Shown: positions 55,789-64,000 of the stretch, piece after piece | Numbering within the stretch: position 1 is the first letter of the stretch | Layout: every line of letters begins with the position of its first letter | NCBI RefSeq assembly: GCF_009914755.1 | Contig: NC_060946.1 | Origin: the human T2T-CHM13v2.0 reference genome, Homo sapiens | Strand: one strand, 5' to 3' | DNA length: 64,000 bases | Made by a program: the position numbers and the translations under genes | Notes under the pieces: model-generated | What the model saw: only the letters and a program-made list of their open reading frames with translations | What the model was told of the DNA's origin: nothing | The model's database searches: none

Positions 55789-56395
55789 TGTCGTACCCGA
55801 GTGAGTTAGAGAGAAATGCCACGCATTGAGACGAATTCAGGAGTCCTTTACTAGCCAGCGACTGAGACATGGCTAACGCACGAAATTCTCTCGGCCCCGA
55901 AGAAGGGACTAGATTTTCTTTTATACTTTGGTTTAGAGAGGGGAGGGGGGATTCTAGTTGCAGCAACTTTACAGAAGAAAAAAACAGACAAAAAACTTAG
56001 AAAGACAGATGGTTACAGGAAAACAAACTGTTCCTGGTGTAGGGTCTTTAAATTCACCACAAAGTGATAGGTGAGGGGGCTCTGGGCATTATCTGCCGGA
56101 CAAATGTGGGGGCTTTATGATACTATCTCTGAGTAAATTGCTGGGAACTGGGGACATCTCTTGTCTCAGCACTTTATCAGTTAATTGCACGCTTTGATAT
56201 GTTGAAAATCAGCTTGCACAAGTTAAAGTCCTTGAGGAAAGGGGGTGGGTAAGGAGTCCTTGATGTCTTGTTAATGAAGGAGCCAAATGGAGTTTGTCTG
56301 GTTTTCTCAGCTAAGGGAGAGTCTATTCATATTAAAAACAAGGTTAGCTGTCTAAGGAAGAGTCTATTCATGTTAATACAACATTGGGTATTACA
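55789..56395 (-). mobile_element. Solo LTR, LTR6-like (HERV-T/S71 group)
   Basis: TGTCGTACCCGAG...GGGTATTACA; 4-bp TSD AAAC on both sides; CAGCTTGCACAAGTTAA, GTCCTTGAGGAA. Confidence 0.8.
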
Positions 56396-56436
56396 AAACG
56401 TCTGTTCATGATCTGGAAATTCTTCTGTGTTAGTTC

Positions 56437-56835
56437 TGTTAAAAGAAAAACTTTAAAGGAGTTTAATTTAGCAATAAACGATTCATGAATCGGACAGTCC
56501 CCAGAATCACAGCAGATTCACAGAGACTCCAGTGCAGTCATGTGGTGGAAGAAGATTTATAGACAAAAGGGAAGTGGCATACCGAAATCGGAAGTGAGGT
56601 ACAGAAACAACTCAGCGTTTGCCTTGTTTGAACACATTTTGAACATTTGGCAGTGCCTGAGTGGTTGAAGTTTGGCCATTGGGATTGGCCAAGATGTAGC
56701 TGTTGTTCCAGGTGCATACTCTTAAGTTAGTTTTTCATTCTTGTATACCTATTAAAGTAGGTTGCAGTTCACCCACAAGGACTCATATATAGAATTATGG
56801 AGTCCTTCTCAGGCCATACTTAGTTCACTTTAACA
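56437..56835 (-). mobile_element. MER57 3' LTR
   Basis: TGTTAAAAG...GGAGTCCTTCTCAGGCCATA...TTTAACA, with an adjacent polypurine tract on the minus strand. Confidence 0.85.
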
Positions 56836-57215
56836 ATGCCTTCCCTTTGGTTATTTTCTCAATTTTGAGAGATTGGCCGAAACTTCAGTCACTGGTGTCA
56901 CTATTACCATTGCAAATGTACTTACTTGGTTTAGAAACCCACTGGGAAATAGACCAGTGAGATTTGAAAAGGTGGAACAAGGACTTGAGTAGAAGGTATC
57001 TTCTTATGCTGGAACATCCTGTTTACAGGAGAAAAACAAAACCTGGTTTGTTCTAGGATTTATGTGTTTCCCTAAAGTCTTAGTTTGATTATGTTACATT
57101 TAGCATGAGTGACTCCATTTTGGTTTGGTTTGGTTTGGTCTGTTGGGACCTATTGCATGAGCTTAGTTCAAAACAATGGCCTCCCATAATTTTGCTTTAA
57201 AAATTCCTCCTTTTT

Positions 57216-57506
57216 GCTGGGTGTGGTGGCTCACACCTGTAATCCCAGCACTTTGGGAGCCTGAGGTGGGCAGATCACGAGGTCAGGAGATTGAGACCAT
57301 CCTTGCTAATATGGTGAAACCCCATCTCTACTAAAAATACAAAAAATTAGCCAAGTGTGGTGGCGGGTGCCTGTATTCCCAGCTACTCAGGAGGCTGAGG
57401 CAGGAGAATGGCCTGAACCCGGGAGGCAGAGCTTGCAGTGAGCCGAGATCATGCCACTGCACTCCACTCTGGTGGACAGACCAAAACTCTGTCTTAGAAA
57501 AAAAAA
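57216..57506 (+). mobile_element. AluY/Sc
   Basis: Alu consensus; TSD AAAA(T)TCCTCCTTTT. Confidence 0.94.
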
Positions 57507-57580
57507 ATCCTCCTTTTCAGTCAAGTTCTCACTTAGTTGAGAGTGTGACCAAAATGTAGGGCCTTAGCATCACTCTTAGT

Positions 57581-58993
57581 TACCATTGTTTTGGGTTCCA
57601 GTTTTAGCATGTCATTCCCATTGTTTTGGGTTTCTGGTTTAGCACATCACTCCCATTGTTTTGGGTTCCGGTTTTAGCACGTCATTCCCATTGTTTTGGG
57701 TTTCTGGTTTAGCACGTCACTCTCATTGTTTTGGGTTCCTGTTTTAGCACGTCACTCCCATTGTTTTGGGTTCTGGTTTAGCACGTCACTCACATTGTTT
57801 TGGGTTCTGGTTTTAGCACCTCACTCCCATTGTTTTGGGTTTCCAGGTTTTAGCACGTCACTCCCATTGTTTTGGGTTTCTGGTTTAGCACGTCACTCCC
57901 ATTGTTTTGGGTGTCTGGTTTTATCACGTCACTCCCATCGTTTTGGGTTTCTGGTGTAGCAGGACCCTCCCATTGTTTTGGGTTTCTGGTTTTAGCATGT
58001 CACTCCCATTGTTTTGGGTTTCTGGTTTTAGCACTTCACTCCCATTGTTTTGGGTTTCTGGTTTAGCAGGACCCTCCCATTGTTTTGGGTTTCCAGGTTT
58101 TAGCACGTCACTCCCATTGTTTTGGGTTTCTGGTTTAGCACGTCACTCCCATTGTTTTGGGTTTCTGGTTTTAGCACTTCACTCCCATTGTTTTGGGTTT
58201 CTGGTTTAGCAGGACCCTCCCATTGTTTTGGGTTTCTGGTTTTAGCATGTCACTCCCATTGTTTTGGGTTCAGGTTTTAGCACATCACTCCCATTGTTTT
58301 GGGTATCTGGTTTTAGCATGTCACTCCCATTGTTTTCTGTATCTGGTTTTAGCACCTCACTCCCATTGTTTTGGGTTTCCAGGTTTTAGCACGTCACTCC
58401 CATTGTTTTGGGTTTCTGGTTTATCATGTCACTCTCATTGTTTTGGGTTTCTGGTTTAGCAGGACGCTCCCATTGTTTTCGGTTTCTGGTTTTACACGTC
58501 ACTCCCATTGTTTTGGGTTTCTGGTTTAGCAGGACACTCCCATTGTTTTGGGTTTCTGGTTTAGCAGGTCACTACCATTGTTTTGGGTTCCGGTTTAAGC
58601 ACATCACTCCCATTGTTTTGGGTTCCGGTTTAAGCACATCACTCCCATTGTTTTGGGTTCCGGTTTTAGCACATCACTCCCATTGTTTTGGATTTCTGGT
58701 TTAGCAGGTCACTCCCATTGTTTTTGGTTCTGGTTTAAGCACATCACTCCCGTTGTTTTGGGTTCTGGTTTTAGCACCTCACTCCCATTGTTTGGGTTTC
58801 TGGTTTTGCAGGTCACTCCCATTGTTTTGGGTTCCAGTTTAAGCACATCACTCCCATTGTTTTCGTTTCCAGTTTTAGCACGTCACTCCCATTGTTTTGG
58901 GTTCCAGTTTTAGTACATCACTCCCATTGTTTTGGGTTTCTGGTTTAGCATGTCACTCCCATTGTTTTGGGTTTCCAGTTTAGCATGTCACTC
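57581..58993. repeat. Minisatellite/VNTR, 38-40 bp unit, about 36 copies
   Basis: Unit CACTCCCATTGTTTTGGGTTTCTGGTTT(T)AGCACGT with interspersed variants. Confidence 0.97.
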
Positions 58994-60305
58994 ATAGGTT
59001 ATGGTGGCCTTATGGTTGCACATTTTTTTTAATCTCTTGTCATTCCAGTTAAAGAGACACCATTTGACATTTTAGAGATGGCTGCATGCAAACTCTTGAA
59101 ACATTTGAGTAAGTACAGTACACCAGGGAGACTCTTATGACTATTGGGATAACACCAAGATGTGGTATATGCTCCTTACTCAGGGTCCCCATAAATCAAA
59201 CCACCAAAAATCAAATAGATTAAAGAATGCATTAGATAAAGGGTTTACTTGCTTAACTAAGTGGTTTTTTTTTGTTAATTCCCTACAACCAAATCTTTAT
59301 AATACCCCATGTTTTCTCCACATGCTGTAAGTGTTAGCAGCTGCACAGATACTTAAGATAAGAGTCTCATGATAGTAGAGAAGTCTTGATCTGTGATCTT
59401 GGGAAAAGCTGTTCACATTAAGGATGCCATCTTCTTCTGGGGGGAACTGTCCGTGTTAGCTTTACCTTAAGGGTTCCAATAGGCATATGGTTCCGAGTGT
59501 GGAGGGACCCTTCTGAGTTGTGAGACTATGAACCCAAAGTTTAAGGTTTTAAAGTTTTGTTGTCATGTGGATGGCGAGGGCAGTCCTTCTCTGATGTTCT
59601 CAGAAGATCCAGTCATCAGATTCTAGATTTTGAAGGGTTTGACTGTCCTCAGTGAACCATAAAAGGCTTTCTTTACCTGGTGAAAATACACTTCAGGGTA
59701 ATAATCTACTGTTTTAACATCAACTCTCTTGCATGGAAGAGCTTTTATACAATCAGAAAACATGCACTGAAAATGACAACTGAATGAAATCCCTTTATAA
59801 AATGTTTAAATGGCCCATCAGATAACCAAATGTACCTGAAGTTTTGATTGTTTTCCTAGGAATATAGGTTTCACAAACCAAACATTGGTTATAAACTATT
59901 TTAGCAGTTTAGAAATCACCACACCAATATATTTAATTTGGATCGTTTTCTCTTTCTGTGATGAGTTATGGAATGCAGAACTTTTAATAACAAAAGTTTT
60001 TAGGACTTAAGAAGGATAAGGTGGCCATCCTGGTTCTTCATAGGTCTGTGCTTAATTAACATCAGACTTACATCCTCTTGAATACCAGCTGTTTCTCCAA
60101 ATTAGGTGCATGGCACTGGTAACTGATGAGTAGTTATAGGTAATTTGATTTAGACCATGGAGTTTATTTAAATTATATATCTAAACAATTTCAATATTGG
60201 TGATTTAGCATGAAAATGTGGCAAAATATTTCCTTGGTATACAATTTTTGTTTTACTTGGGTTAGCAGTTTTACAAACCAGTTGGTCTTTTTATTAAATT
60301 TTTGA

Positions 60306-60602
<297 letters not shown>

Positions 60603-60907
60603 TAACTGTTGAGAATTCTTAGCCAGTCCAATTCTTGGGGTATCGGGGAACTTATGGGGAATTTTTACCCATGATATTAAAGTTATTAGAAATCTGTGTT
60701 CACGAGTGTTTTTCAGGGTCATTTTCATTCTTTCATGAATCTTCTAAGAGACACCATACTCTAGAATTTTGCATGCTTGTGAAGTTTTTAGAAACTGCAT
60801 CACCATTAAGCAATTAACTGTGAAATGACTTTAGTTATAGTTAAAGACAATTGACAAGGAAATTTGGTTATTTCTGTGGTCTACAATAACTTAATAACCA
60901 TAATTAG

Positions 60908-61230
<323 letters not shown>

Positions 61231-61527
61231 TTAGAATGGATTGATGACACACACTAAATATAACCTGAGGAAGGTTCCACATTATTTTTTATTTTGACAG
61301 TGCTACCCATGTGACTTAACATGTTAAATAGTCCTGTTTACCTCTCTTTTGGGTGCTTCAGGGGTCTCTGTAGTATCCCAAAATTAGAGGTCAGAAAAGA
61401 CAATTTTGAAGTTGAAATTTGATTTTGGGAAGCCTATTAAATATATTAAAGGTTTAAACACTTGATGTTATGAAATAGAATTCCACGTCACCGTAAGTCA
61501 TTCATTTACCAAAAATCATGACAAAAA

Positions 61528-64000
<2,473 letters not shown>

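Noticed and set aside
57581-58993. CRISPR-like array, or repeat proteins (FWV../HSHCFG ORFs)
   Set aside because: Units are contiguous with no unique spacers, in primate DNA; frames shift with 38/40-bp units and the ORFs are by-products of the repeat

Overview
Primate (human-like) genomic DNA made almost entirely of interspersed repeats; I find no intact protein-coding gene. Repeat family names come from recognising consensus motifs by eye, not from a database run. The left half (1-26 kb) is AT-rich and Alu-poor, with old L1M/L2/MIR/DNA-transposon fragments. It ends in a three-level nest: an L1 fragment holding a HERV-K(HML-1) provirus (LTR14A-like LTR, gag), which in turn holds a pol-deleted HERV-K(HML-3) provirus (MER9 LTR). 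All three layers stop at about 32.05 kb, where the sequence abruptly becomes Alu-rich, suggesting a duplicon or rearrangement junction. The right half holds a decayed class-I ERV with an env remnant, interrupted by an L1PA7-like element whose 5'UTR looks spliced (a SpIRE, with a 12-bp TSD). It also holds a CpG-island promoter (ZNF143, NRF1-like, YY1 and ETS motifs) with a candidate non-coding exon 2, a solo LTR6-like element, a MER57 provirus containing a 1.4-kb array of ~39-bp repeats that nearly all carry a SOX motif, and the 3' part of an L1PA2. I see no evidence for a wholly new biological system. The best leads are the spliced old L1, the nested HERV-K junction, and the promoter plus SOX-motif VNTR.
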